Source: a virus
Lineage: Duplodnaviria > Caudoviricetes
Direction: 5' to 3' (one strand)
IMG/VR virus record: IMGVR_UViG_3300025096_003284
Location: 1-56,786 of that record
DNA length: 56,786 nucleotides
The position numbers and the translations under genes are program-made. The notes below the pieces were generated by a model, which was not told the DNA's origin, did not search any database, and saw nothing but the letters and a program-made list of their open reading frames with translations. Within the stretch, counting starts at the first letter, position 1. Each line of letters starts with the position of its first letter. Below, piece after piece: positions 1 to 9,557 of this stretch.

Positions 1-687
1 AATAAAGCAACTCCTTTGCGTCAATTAATAACAAGTAAGCAAAAGGTTTGGGGAATCAAGCCTCGCAACAAAGAGCAGCAATTTCTCATGGACGCGCTTA
101 TGGACCCGAGAATCCAGATTGTGACGGCGATTGGTAAAGCAGGTAGCGGTAAGACGATCTGTGCCATCGCTGCAGGTCTTGAACAAACCATAGACGAGAT
201 GAAACAGGAATACACACGCGTAATCGTCTCCCGGCCCGTACAGCCGCTCGGAAAGGACATCGGCTTCCTTCCGGGAACTATGGAAGAGAAGATGTCACCC
301 TGGTTGATGCCTATTCAGGACAACCTACAGTTTTTAATGGGAAATGATAAAATAACCCTTGACATTTATATGCAAAAGGGTACAATAGAGATAGAAGCAT
401 TGACTTATATTCGTGGACGCTCAATCTCAAATGCCTTTATCATAATAGATGAGGCACAAAACTTGACAACTCACGAATTAAAGACTATAATAACAAGAGT
501 AGGTGAAGGAACGAAAATTGTGTTGACCGGTGACGTAGAACAAATTGATAATGTTTATATCGATGCGACGTCTAATGGATTAACACATGCCGTAGAAAAG
601 TTCAAGAAATTTGAGCTTGCTTCTCACGTTACCTTACATAAGGGCGAGAGATCTAAGGTCGCTACCTTCGCCGCAGAAAATTTGTGA
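1..687 (+). CDS. phoH: PhoH-family ATPase, 5'-truncated by the window edge
   Basis: Walker A GKAGSGKT, SRP..DIGFLPG, IRGRS, IIDEAQN, LTGD..QID and C-terminal ERS motifs. The frame is open from base 1, so the true start lies upstream. Confidence 0.93.
   Translation, partial: NKATPLRQLITSKQKVWGIKPRNKEQQFLMDALMDPRIQIVTAIGKAGSGKTICAIAAGLEQTIDEMKQEYTRVIVSRPVQPLGKDIGFLPGTMEEKMSPWLMPIQDNLQFLMGNDKITLDIYMQKGTIEIEALTYIRGRSISNAFIIIDEAQNLTTHELKTIITRVGEGTKIVLTGDVEQIDNVYIDATSNGLTHAVEKFKKFELASHVTLHKGERSKVATFAAENL
359..386 (+). promoter_or_regulatory. Sigma70-like promoter inside phoH (TTGACA-N16-TACAAT)
   Basis: TTGACA at 359-364 and TACAAT at 381-386. Confidence 0.4.
463..491 (+). promoter_or_regulatory. 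Perfect-consensus sigma70 promoter inside phoH (TTGACA-N17-TATAAT)
   Basis: TTGACA at 463-468, 17-nt spacer, TATAAT at 486-491. It points toward the gene starting at 695. Confidence 0.6.
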
Positions 688-694
688 GAGAAAA

Positions 695-958
695 ATGGAA
701 AATGAAAACCCCGCTTTAGAAGCACCGGTTGGTACCACTACCGGATTACAAGAACTAGTGGTCAATTACATTGGGGCACGGCTAGAAGCAGATGAGATTA
801 TCACTGTTGATATGGCAGTGCAAGTGTTTGCTGCAGAGTTCCCAGAATTCCTGATGGCTGTGGCGGAGGAAAACTTCCTTCGCGGCTATGAACAAGCACT
901 AACAGATGTAGAGCACTCAGAAAAAAAGAGCACTTCAGAAGAAGATTTCTTAGGCTGA
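695..958 (+). CDS. Small acidic hypothetical protein
   Basis: ATG at 695 just after the phoH stop is preferred over the track start at 611. TGATG coupling to the next gene. Confidence 0.75.
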   Translation: MENENPALEAPVGTTTGLQELVVNYIGARLEADEIITVDMAVQVFAAEFPEFLMAVAEENFLRGYEQALTDVEHSEKKSTSEEDFLG

Positions 959-1572
959 TGGAATATTATATCCACAGCGTCCCCGTATTTGTGATGGGGG
1001 ATAAACCGGTATGTAGTATACCACAGTTTTGTGCGGAAGCCGAAGATCTCTTGGCTTCCACATTACTATCTGGAGTCGACGTAGTATACATTGGCGACAT
1101 GCGCGAGTTGGCAGGAAGAAACGCTACATACGCTAACGCAGCCATTTACATGACAAACAAAGAGCCCACCGTAGAAGATATGTTAGAAAATTTTGTTCAC
1201 GAAGTGGCTCACTCCTTGGAGGAGAGTTACGGTCCTTTAATTTACACGCAAGATTTGATTAGTGAATTTAAAGGAAAACGCGAAAGGTTGCGGGTGTTGC
1301 TCGAAGCACAAGGGTTTTACACAAGCCCCCACCTGTACACGTTCACAGAGTATAATGAAATCTTTGATAAATTTCTGGCCGACGAAGTTGGCTATCCGAT
1401 ATTACTGAATTTGACGATTGGTCTTTTTGCGTCCCCGTACGGTGCAACATCGATTCAAGAATATTTTGCTAACGGGTTTGAGAAGTATTTCTTAGAAGAC
1501 CCACGATACGTCTGGAGCGTAAGCCCAGTGTTGTATGAAAAGATTGAAACGGTGATACATGACGAAGCGTGA
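958..1572 (+). CDS. Zincin-like HExxH metalloprotein (putative metallopeptidase)
   Basis: FVHEVAHSLE plus a downstream SPY.ATS..EYFA segment that could supply the third Zn ligand. Confidence 0.6.
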   Translation: MEYYIHSVPVFVMGDKPVCSIPQFCAEAEDLLASTLLSGVDVVYIGDMRELAGRNATYANAAIYMTNKEPTVEDMLENFVHEVAHSLEESYGPLIYTQDLISEFKGKRERLRVLLEAQGFYTSPHLYTFTEYNEIFDKFLADEVGYPILLNLTIGLFASPYGATSIQEYFANGFEKYFLEDPRYVWSVSPVLYEKIETVIHDEA

Positions 1573-2338
1573 ACACATATCTTATTCCGAACTAAAAGAT
1601 TGGGCACAATGCCCCCACTACCATAAGAAAGCCTGGATTGAAAGAGTCACCTCTTTTGAGGGGAACGAATATACGGCTTTTGGCACAGCCATTCACGATG
1701 TCTGCGAAAAGAAGCTCCTCAAAGAGAACGTGGACGAGGCTGAAATATTCCAGATCGGTTTTGATAAAAAACTGCAGCAGCTTTTAGAAAAAAATATTGA
1801 AGTAAATCCAAAGAATGTTGAACAAATGCGCGTTGCCGGCCCAGCGATTTTGTCCGAAGTAGACGATGCGCTCAAAGAGTACTTTGGAGATTATGAAGTG
1901 TTCTCATCAGAGGAAATGTTATATGTCCCCATTGAAAATTTCAACATTAACTTTAAAGGATTTGTTGATGCGGTAGTAAAAGTGGGCAATACCTATCATC
2001 TATTTGATTGGAAGACTTGCTCTTGGGGGTGGGACTCTCGAAGGAAGGCGGAAAAGCTCGTTACATATCAGCTCACACTATACAAGCACTTCTTCTGTCA
2101 GAAGCACAAAATCGATCCAAAAAACGTAGAGACTCACTTTGCCTTACTAAAAAGAACGGCCAAAAAAGACCGGGTAGAAATATTTAGAGTAACAAGCGGC
2201 TCCCAAAAAACTGAGAATGCCCTTAAACTTCTATACCAAGCAATCTATAATATCACTAAAAGATTTACGATCAAGAACCGGCTTAGTTGCCACAAGCCCT
2301 TTCCCTGTAAATTGCTTAATACTGAACACTGTACATAA
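1559..2338 (+). CDS. PD-(D/E)XK exonuclease, Cas4/AddB-like, putative Fe-S cluster
   Basis: N-terminal SYS..CP, GTAIH, GFVD..DWKT, QLTLY, and three C-terminal Cys (C-x5-C-x7-C). Confidence 0.85.
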   Translation: MTKREHISYSELKDWAQCPHYHKKAWIERVTSFEGNEYTAFGTAIHDVCEKKLLKENVDEAEIFQIGFDKKLQQLLEKNIEVNPKNVEQMRVAGPAILSEVDDALKEYFGDYEVFSSEEMLYVPIENFNINFKGFVDAVVKVGNTYHLFDWKTCSWGWDSRRKAEKLVTYQLTLYKHFFCQKHKIDPKNVETHFALLKRTAKKDRVEIFRVTSGSQKTENALKLLYQAIYNITKRFTIKNRLSCHKPFPCKLLNTEHCT

Positions 2339-2347
2339 GGAACACAC

Positions 2348-3598
2348 ATGTCTGAAAAAATCAAGATCTTCACGATTGGCGATCACCCTTTATCACCATC
2401 AGGAGTAGGATCCCAATCTAAATATATTATTGAAGGGATGTTAAAAACAGGAAAGTACCAGTTTTTCTCCTTCGGGGGCGCCATAAAGCACCCTGATCAT
2501 AATCCACAACACACAGAAGAATGGGGAGAAGACTGGATTATTTGGCCAGTTGATGGCTACGGTAACGCCGATATGGTTAGGGCCATGCTCCACCAAAATA
2601 AGCCCGATATTATGTGGTTTATGACGGACCCTAGGTTCTATACTTGGTTATGGTCAATAGAAAATGAGATCCGCTCCCACGTTCCTATGATTTACTATCA
2701 CGTGTGGGATAACTACCCATACCCCACTTTTAACAAACCGTGGTATGCCAGTAACGATCATATTGCATGCATTTCCAAGCTCACCCACGACATAGTTCAA
2801 ACAGTGGTTCCGGACGTTGAGAGTAGTTATATCCCACACGCGGTCGACGCAGAGGTCTTTCGCCCGCTGCCACAAGAAAATATAACACAATTCCGACAGA
2901 GCCGCGGCATAGATGATAGGTTTGTGTGTTTTTGGAACAACCGCAACGCTCGCCGAAAGCAATCTGGAACACTGATTTTTTGGTTTAAAGAATTTTTAGA
3001 CAAAGTGGGGCATGACAAGGCCACCCTTATTATGCATACAGATCCAAAAGACATTCACGGACAAGATTTAGAAGCCATTATTCATGAATTGGGGCTCACC
3101 TCGGGACAGGTATTATTCTCACGCGATAAAGTACAGCCTACAGATCTTGCTATGGTATATAATATGGCCGACTTGACGATCAATATTTCGGATGCTGAAG
3201 GATTTGGTCTGGCGACGTTAGAATCACTCTCGTCAGGCACCCCTATTCTCATTAATAAAACCGGAGGCCTCCAAGATCAGATAAGTGATGGGGAAACCTC
3301 TTTTGGAATCGGCCTAGAGCCCAGCTCGAAAGCAATAATCGGCTCACAGGATGTTCCTTACATTTATGAAGACAGGCTCAATAAGGATGACTTCCTCGAA
3401 GCGCTAACAACTCTGTATGAGATGCCGGCCGAAGAAAGGGTAGCCCTAGGACACGCCGGCCGTAAATTTACGGAGACTCAATTTAATTTTGAAACATTCA
3501 CCAAGAGCTGGGATGAACTATTCACTCGTGTTTACGAAGAAATGGGCTCCTGGGAAGACCGCAAGGGCTATAGCCCATATACTGTAAAGGAATATTAA
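2348..3598 (+). CDS. Glycosyltransferase, GT4/GT-B fold
   Basis: SGVG N-terminal loop, PHAVD, NRN.RRK and EGFGLATLE (E-x7-E) motifs. Confidence 0.9.
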   Translation: MSEKIKIFTIGDHPLSPSGVGSQSKYIIEGMLKTGKYQFFSFGGAIKHPDHNPQHTEEWGEDWIIWPVDGYGNADMVRAMLHQNKPDIMWFMTDPRFYTWLWSIENEIRSHVPMIYYHVWDNYPYPTFNKPWYASNDHIACISKLTHDIVQTVVPDVESSYIPHAVDAEVFRPLPQENITQFRQSRGIDDRFVCFWNNRNARRKQSGTLIFWFKEFLDKVGHDKATLIMHTDPKDIHGQDLEAIIHELGLTSGQVLFSRDKVQPTDLAMVYNMADLTINISDAEGFGLATLESLSSGTPILINKTGGLQDQISDGETSFGIGLEPSSKAIIGSQDVPYIYEDRLNKDDFLEALTTLYEMPAEERVALGHAGRKFTETQFNFETFTKSWDELFTRVYEEMGSWEDRKGYSPYTVKEY

Positions 3599-3599
3599 A

Positions 3600-4853
3600 G
3601 TGCAGAAGAAAATTTTAATTAAAGCTCCGATTTTATCGCGATCGGGTTATGGAGAACAATCTCGATTTGCTCTCCGTGCTCTGCGTAGCCGCCCTGATCT
3701 TTTTGACATTTACATTGTTAATATCCCGTGGGGGCGCACGGGCCAAATCATCGAGCACAACGAAGAAACTGATTTCATTAAGATGTCAATGACAAAGACA
3801 GCAGAATACGTTCAGCGCCAAGCGCCATTCGATATATCTCTGCAGATAACAGTGCCAAATGAATTTGAAAAAATCGCACCTGTGAACATCGGATACACTG
3901 CCGGTATTGAGACTACCAAAGTGGCCCCAGAATGGATAGATAAAAGTAACCAAATGGTCGACCGTCTGATTGTCGTCTCTAACCATGCAAAAAAGGTTTT
4001 CGAAAACACCAAATACACGGTTAAGGACCAAGCTGGAAATGACTATCCTAATTGGGGACTGACAGTCCCGGTAAGCGTGGTTAACTACCCGGTGCACGAA
4101 AGGGAAAGTTCGCCTGTTGATGTTGAGTTTACTACAGAAAATAACTTCCTAGTGGTCTCCCAGTGGGGCCCCCGTAAGAATCTCGATAATACTATTAAGT
4201 GGTTTGTGGAGACGTTTAACGACGACGATTCGGCCGGCCTGGTTCTCAAGACTAATACCGCCAATGATTCAATAGTTGATAAGTATCATACTAGCGCCCG
4301 TTTAGATAACCTATTAAGGGATTATGAAAACAGAAAATGCAAGATTTACTTGATCCACGGCGACCTGACCGCGAACGAGTTAACTTGGCTTTATCGTCAT
4401 CCTACGATGAAGGCTCTTGTCAACATTGGCCATGGCGAGGGATATGGTCTCCCTCTGTTTGAGGCAGCTTATAATGGTTTGCCCCTACTCACGGTTACTT
4501 GGAGCGGCCATATGGATTTCATTTGCAAGCCAAACAAAAAAGGAAAAAACTTCCCTCGTGTTGTTGGCGTCGATTACGATCTTAAGCCAGTTCAGAAAGA
4601 GGCCGTCTGGCCCGGAGTTATTCAGGAAGATTCTATGTGGGCGTTTGCGCGAGAAGCATCTTACAAGAGAGGGCTGAAAGAAGTCCTTGAAAAAGAGAAG
4701 CATAACAAGCAGGTTGCAACAGCGCTTCAAAAGCATATTTTGGAAACCTTCACTGCCGAGAAGATGTATGAACAATTTATTTCAAGCATCTATAATCCTT
4801 CGGACGAAGAGGTTGAGTGGATGAATACCCTAGGGGAGATTGAAATCTTGTAA
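3600..4853 (+). CDS. Glycosyltransferase, GT4/GT-B fold
   Basis: SGYG N-terminal loop, PRKN and GEGYGLPLFEA motifs. GTG start. Confidence 0.88.
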   Translation: MQKKILIKAPILSRSGYGEQSRFALRALRSRPDLFDIYIVNIPWGRTGQIIEHNEETDFIKMSMTKTAEYVQRQAPFDISLQITVPNEFEKIAPVNIGYTAGIETTKVAPEWIDKSNQMVDRLIVVSNHAKKVFENTKYTVKDQAGNDYPNWGLTVPVSVVNYPVHERESSPVDVEFTTENNFLVVSQWGPRKNLDNTIKWFVETFNDDDSAGLVLKTNTANDSIVDKYHTSARLDNLLRDYENRKCKIYLIHGDLTANELTWLYRHPTMKALVNIGHGEGYGLPLFEAAYNGLPLLTVTWSGHMDFICKPNKKGKNFPRVVGVDYDLKPVQKEAVWPGVIQEDSMWAFAREASYKRGLKEVLEKEKHNKQVATALQKHILETFTAEKMYEQFISSIYNPSDEEVEWMNTLGEIEIL

Positions 4854-5695
4854 TGTCCTGTCTCTTTTTATCTGACCTTTATAGTGACCAGATTAATGGA
4901 GGGGCGGAAAACAACGATGCAGTCCTCATTCAGCATCTGCGAGATAAAGGAGTTGAATTGGAGTGTCGTTCTACTAAGGATATCACCCCCGATGAGATAA
5001 GTGCATTTAACTGTATTATTTTATCTAATTTTATACTCCTAAGTGAGCAAGCAAAAGCTCATTTAACTAATAATTGTCGCTACGTGATTTATGAGCATGA
5101 TCACAAATATATTAATACCCGTGACCCTTCCAAGTTTGTAGATTTTAAAGCTCCCCCTGCGCAGCTTATTAATGCCGACCTATATGCTAATGCTGCACAG
5201 GTGGTGGTGCTAAGTAAAATATGTAAGTCGGTGGTGGAGAAAAACCTTGGCATTAACAACGTACACAGTATAGGAACTAGCCTGTGGTCAACCAAGAAGT
5301 TTAAGTTCATTAAGCAATTAATCAAAGGTGCCACAAAGACAAAGGACCTCGCAGTTTTAAATTCACCCAACCCAACCAAAGGGACTATACCTGCGGTTGA
5401 ATTTTGTAAGACAAACGGAATGAGCCCAGACCTCATTAACTCCCCAGACCAGTATGAGTTTCTTCAAATTTTAAGTGAGTATCGCACCCTATTGTTTATC
5501 CCTCAGGTATTAGAGACCTTTTGCCGTTTGGTGGCAGAGGCCAAGATGTTGAATTGTAACATACAGACAAAAAAAAACTTAATTGGGCTTATGAGTGAAC
5601 CTTACTCCGACCAGTCGGGGCTAGAATTGCTGGAGACCCTAGAGAAGAAAGTTGAGGAAGCTCTAGATCATTTTTATGAGTTGGTGACAGAATGA
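4853..5695 (+). CDS. Glycosyltransferase-like protein (GT-B)
   Basis: GGAE N-terminal loop, KG, and ETFCRLVAEA (E-x7-E). TAATG coupling. Confidence 0.7.
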   Translation: MSCLFLSDLYSDQINGGAENNDAVLIQHLRDKGVELECRSTKDITPDEISAFNCIILSNFILLSEQAKAHLTNNCRYVIYEHDHKYINTRDPSKFVDFKAPPAQLINADLYANAAQVVVLSKICKSVVEKNLGINNVHSIGTSLWSTKKFKFIKQLIKGATKTKDLAVLNSPNPTKGTIPAVEFCKTNGMSPDLINSPDQYEFLQILSEYRTLLFIPQVLETFCRLVAEAKMLNCNIQTKKNLIGLMSEPYSDQSGLELLETLEKKVEEALDHFYELVTE

Positions 5696-6552
5696 TAATA
5701 GGATTATCTTCAGATCATAATGGTGTTGAACTCAAAACGAAGATGGCGCAATATCTCCGCGATCAAGGAGATTTTAAGGTTATTGACATAGGTCCGTTTT
5801 CCTCTACTAAAAAAGTCGATTACGTCGATTATGCTAGCCAACTCTCACAGATGGTGAGCAATGGCGATCTAGATCGCGCTATATTAATCTGTGGTACCGG
5901 AGTTGGAATGAGTATCGCAGCCAACCGGTTTGAGAAAGTCCGTGCCGCATTGGTTCACAACGTTATGACGGCACCCAAATGTCGTGAGCACAATAACTCC
6001 AATGTGTTGTGCTTAGGTGCTTGGACCACCTCCGAAGAGGAGAATTTTGAAATCTTAGATTTGTGGCTGCAAACTATCTTTGGAGAAGGTCGACATGTGA
6101 AGCGCGTAGAGAAGCTTTCGTCGCACCGCGCCAACATTGTATTTACAAGTGGTGTATTCGACATTTTACACGCTGGTCATATAGAACTACTACGATTTGC
6201 TAAATCATTGGGGGACCGTCTTATTGTTGGCTTGAACTCTGATGAAAGTGTTAAGAGAATTAAGGGGCCCCATCGCCCCATTACAATGCAGGAAGACCGA
6301 AAAGGCCTTTTGGAAGCACTCCTAGAAGTCGACGAGGTCGTTATCTTCGATGCGGACAGCCCCGCAGACTTAATATCAGATATATCCCCCACCATTCTTG
6401 TAAAAGGTGGCGAGTGGACGGTGGATGAAATTCGATCCCGCGACAGCATCCCGGCCGAAATAGAAATCAAGGTATTTCCTATTGTAGGAAAATATTCTAC
6501 AACAAACATTATCAATCAGATCTCGCAAGTGGATGACGGTGAGAAACAATGA
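5692..6552 (+). CDS. rpiB: Fusion of RpiB/LacAB sugar-phosphate isomerase and HldE-type (RfaE domain II) nucleotidyltransferase
   Basis: N-terminal half has SDH.G, DY, ICGTGVGMSIAAN, HNNSNVLCLG and GRH..R. C-terminal half has TSGVFDILHAGH, GLNSD.SV, KGG and YSTT. Confidence 0.9.
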   Translation: MIIGLSSDHNGVELKTKMAQYLRDQGDFKVIDIGPFSSTKKVDYVDYASQLSQMVSNGDLDRAILICGTGVGMSIAANRFEKVRAALVHNVMTAPKCREHNNSNVLCLGAWTTSEEENFEILDLWLQTIFGEGRHVKRVEKLSSHRANIVFTSGVFDILHAGHIELLRFAKSLGDRLIVGLNSDESVKRIKGPHRPITMQEDRKGLLEALLEVDEVVIFDADSPADLISDISPTILVKGGEWTVDEIRSRDSIPAEIEIKVFPIVGKYSTTNIINQISQVDDGEKQ

Positions 6553-7463
6553 CATTCCTTAATCAAAACATCTTAGTTATAGGCGACTCAATCCTGGATC
6601 ATAAAGTATTTTGTAAAGCTGTTGGACTCTCGCTGGAGACACCAACTCTCAAGACGCGTCTCAACAAAGAGGAATATTCCTTTGGCGGCGCCGCCAATGT
6701 TGTCAATAACTTGCTACTGTTGGGAGCTAAGGTAACCTTTGTGACGCCCCTTGCAACAGATTCTCACCGACATCATTATCTTGGCTGGAATCAGACAAAC
6801 TTAACTGTTAAGCCACTGCAGTTTGACGGAACAAATGTGGTCAAATCTCGATACTGGATTTCTAAGGGAGACGGTCTCTATAAGTATCTTCAGGTTAATC
6901 AAGGTACTAAATTTAATGATCCTCAGCTTGTCATAAGCACTCTTACAGAGCTTTTGTATACAGATAGATATGATAAAGCCATATTGGTGGATTATCGCGG
7001 CGGCCTCTTTGAACAGAAAGAGGAAGTAAAATTAATTTTGGACATTTTGTATGGGCACCACATAAAAACGTACGCCGCATCACAGATGTCAGATAGAAAA
7101 GGTCAATATGATATTTTCGAAGGGGCCGGCCTTATATGCTTAAATCGCGAGGAAGCTGCAGCTTTGGTGGCGGGGTTCGAACCCACAGATGAAAAATTGA
7201 ACGAATTGTCCGCGCAATTGGGGGCCCGAGTATGTGTAACACTTGGCGCAGACGGAAGCATCCTTAGTAGTCCGTCAGGCGCCGTTAGAGCGGCCGCACA
7301 CCAAGTTGAAACTATTGACACCTGTGGAGCAGGAGACAGCTTCCTGGCAGCGCTGGTGGCGTCTGACGAGGATTTGGCTTTTAGTAATAAATGGGCCGCG
7401 GCATCGACATTGCAAATAGGCACAAATGCACCAAGTTTAGAGGAGGTGTTGTCATGGAGGTGA
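6549..7463 (+). CDS. PfkB-family sugar kinase, HldE (RfaE domain I)-like
   Basis: VIGD.ILD, GGAANV..N, VTLGADG and DTCGAGDSF motifs. Confidence 0.88.
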   Translation: MTFLNQNILVIGDSILDHKVFCKAVGLSLETPTLKTRLNKEEYSFGGAANVVNNLLLLGAKVTFVTPLATDSHRHHYLGWNQTNLTVKPLQFDGTNVVKSRYWISKGDGLYKYLQVNQGTKFNDPQLVISTLTELLYTDRYDKAILVDYRGGLFEQKEEVKLILDILYGHHIKTYAASQMSDRKGQYDIFEGAGLICLNREEAAALVAGFEPTDEKLNELSAQLGARVCVTLGADGSILSSPSGAVRAAAHQVETIDTCGAGDSFLAALVASDEDLAFSNKWAAASTLQIGTNAPSLEEVLSWR

Positions 7464-8134
7464 AGCAGCTCGTTCTAGATGCCAATCGCTGGATTGTTGA
7501 GAAGGGGCTAGTTAGTCTTACTTGGGGGAATGTTAGTGCCCTCGATGCCTCGTCTGCGGCGCTTATTATTAAGCCCTCTGGAATATCTCTCAAAGAGGCC
7601 ACAGAAAAGGATATGTCTGTCGTAGCGTGGGATGGCTCGCTATTAGATGGCAAAAAGCCATCTGTTGACACCCCTACTCATCTTGAATTATATGAGCGCT
7701 TCCCTGAAGTTCGATGTGTTATCCACACTCATTCTAAATACGGCACCATCTTTGCCCAAGCTAACCGATCGGTTCCTTGCCTTGGTACTACCCACGCGGA
7801 TTATTTTGCAGGAGACATCCCCTGTGTTCCACACCCTAACGAAAATCAAATAAATACAGATTATGAAATGTTTACGGGGAGAATAATAGGTGAATATTTT
7901 AAGAAAAATAGTTTAAACTATAATCACATTCCTGGATGCATAGTGCAGGGACATGGCGTATTTACGTGGGGAGAAACGATAGACAAGGCACTTGAAACAG
8001 CCTATGTCTTAGAGTTAGTGGCAGAAATGGCGTTTAAAACCCTTGCACTAGATTCTTACAGTTACTTAGCAGATTTTGTAGCTGAAAAACATTTTGCACG
8101 AAAGCACGGACAGACAAGTTATTATGGACAATGA
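7454..8134 (+). CDS. araD: L-ribulose-5-phosphate 4-epimerase (class II aldolase/AraD family)
   Basis: TWGNVS, IKPSG, KPSVDTPTH, HTHS, GTTHADYF, GHG and C-terminal RKHG..YYGQ. AGGAGG Shine-Dalgarno at 7441 precedes ATG 7454. Confidence 0.9.
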   Translation: MEVKQLVLDANRWIVEKGLVSLTWGNVSALDASSAALIIKPSGISLKEATEKDMSVVAWDGSLLDGKKPSVDTPTHLELYERFPEVRCVIHTHSKYGTIFAQANRSVPCLGTTHADYFAGDIPCVPHPNENQINTDYEMFTGRIIGEYFKKNSLNYNHIPGCIVQGHGVFTWGETIDKALETAYVLELVAEMAFKTLALDSYSYLADFVAEKHFARKHGQTSYYGQ

Positions 8135-8570
8135 AATAAAATACGGCCGACAAGAGCTACCTCCCGTTACAACGGTTGTTAAAGAGGTCGAAAAGTACTG
8201 GGGTGGTATGAAAACCCTATTCGAGAATGACCTGTACTCCGTCAAGAGAATCTTTATGAAAAAAGATACTCAGAGTAGTATGGAGTATCATGTGAAAAAA
8301 GAGGAATCTTATTACATCGAATCTGGAAAGCTTAAAGTAGGTACCCGTATAGGCCGCGCCGTGAATACCTCACTGATACTTAATCAGGGTGATGTATTTC
8401 ATATACCAGTAGGGTTTATGCATATGCGCATAGCTCTAGAAGATACTGTTATTATAGAGTTCTCCACACTAGATGATGATGGTGACTCGCATATAGTAGA
8501 AGATGGGAAAACATATACCCACGTAGACGACCCTTGGGCTCGCCCTCGGCAAACAAAGAAAGAGACTTAA
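8124..8570 (+). CDS. Cupin-domain protein (putative sugar isomerase)
   Basis: K.WG start, S..YH..KEE.Y...SG, GD...IP.G..H and EFST motifs. Confidence 0.8.
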   Translation: MDNEIKYGRQELPPVTTVVKEVEKYWGGMKTLFENDLYSVKRIFMKKDTQSSMEYHVKKEESYYIESGKLKVGTRIGRAVNTSLILNQGDVFHIPVGFMHMRIALEDTVIIEFSTLDDDGDSHIVEDGKTYTHVDDPWARPRQTKKET

Positions 8571-8571
8571 A

Positions 8572-9240
8572 ATGAAACTGTTTATTGATACAGCAAACCT
8601 AGAAGAAATTGAAAGCGCTTTAGAGCGCGGAGTAGTACAGGGAGTGACGACTAATCCATCCCTCTTATCGAAAGAGCCACAGGCGGACTTTTATTCCCAT
8701 ATTCAAAAGATAGCAAACTTATGTACCGAACTCGCACCTGGTATTCCGCTCTCGGTTGAAGTCTTTGCAGAAGAGGCTGACGAAATGATAGCCCAGGCTC
8801 AGGAGATTATGAAGACTATAGAATATACTAACTTAAATATCAAGGTGCCGATCGGCTATGATGAATTGCGAGTCATTAGTGAGCTGAAAGAATTAGGTAT
8901 CCCGGTTAATTGTACCTGCTGCTTCACAGCGACCCAGTTGCAGTTAGCTGCATTGGCCGGTGCACGCTATGTCTCGCTCTTTTATAATCGAGCACTCGAT
9001 AGCCAGATCGATGCTATTGAGATTTTAGAGCGCACGCGTGCATTTATTGATTTTAATGAACTTGAGTGTGAAATAATTGCTGGCAGTATTCGTAATGCTT
9101 ATGACCTAGAGGACTGTTGGGCCGCCGGCTGCGATATTGTTACCGCAGGACTCCCTGTTATTAAGAAGTCCGTATCCCACCTCAAAACAGATGAATCGGT
9201 TAATGGATTTTTGAAGGATTTCGCAGCATGGATAAAATGA
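8572..9240 (+). CDS. tal: Transaldolase (short TalC/FSA-type family)
   Basis: FIDTAN, GVTTNPSL, NIKVP (Schiff-base Lys) and AGSIR. Glu in SVEV and Phe in SLFYNR match transaldolase rather than fructose-6-P aldolase (Gln/Tyr). Confidence 0.9.
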   Translation: MKLFIDTANLEEIESALERGVVQGVTTNPSLLSKEPQADFYSHIQKIANLCTELAPGIPLSVEVFAEEADEMIAQAQEIMKTIEYTNLNIKVPIGYDELRVISELKELGIPVNCTCCFTATQLQLAALAGARYVSLFYNRALDSQIDAIEILERTRAFIDFNELECEIIAGSIRNAYDLEDCWAAGCDIVTAGLPVIKKSVSHLKTDESVNGFLKDFAAWIK

Positions 9241-9557
9241 CCTATGTAATTGATATCGACGACACCATATGCCGAACAAACGAAAGCGACTATGAAAATT
9301 CAGAGCCGATGCAACATCGCATAGATGCTGTTAATAAGCTCTATGATGACGGCCACACGATTTTGTTTTTGACCGCGCGCGGTATGTGCCGCAACAAGAA
9401 CCATCAATTAGACGCTATTGCAGAACTACACAAGTTTACGCATGATCAGCTGGTAAGATGGGGAGTTAAATTTCATAAGCTTTTCTTAGGTAAGCCGGCC
9501 GGAGATATCTATATTGATGACAAGGGCTGCAAGGATATAGATTTTTTTGATGAGTGA
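9237..9557 (+). CDS. Small HAD-superfamily phosphatase (capsule-biosynthesis type)
   Basis: DIDDT, TARG, GKP and IDDK motifs. ATGA overlap with the tal stop. Confidence 0.82.
   Translation: MTYVIDIDDTICRTNESDYENSEPMQHRIDAVNKLYDDGHTILFLTARGMCRNKNHQLDAIAELHKFTHDQLVRWGVKFHKLFLGKPAGDIYIDDKGCKDIDFFDE

Noticed and set aside
1559-2338. Cas4-like gene as a sign of a CRISPR-Cas locus
   Set aside because: No repeat-spacer array or other cas genes were seen, and intergenic gaps are too short to hold an array.
8572-9240. Transaldolase as a cyanophage-style talC auxiliary metabolic gene
   Set aside because: No zwf, gnd, cp12 or photosynthesis genes are present. It is coupled within a nucleotide-sugar operon.
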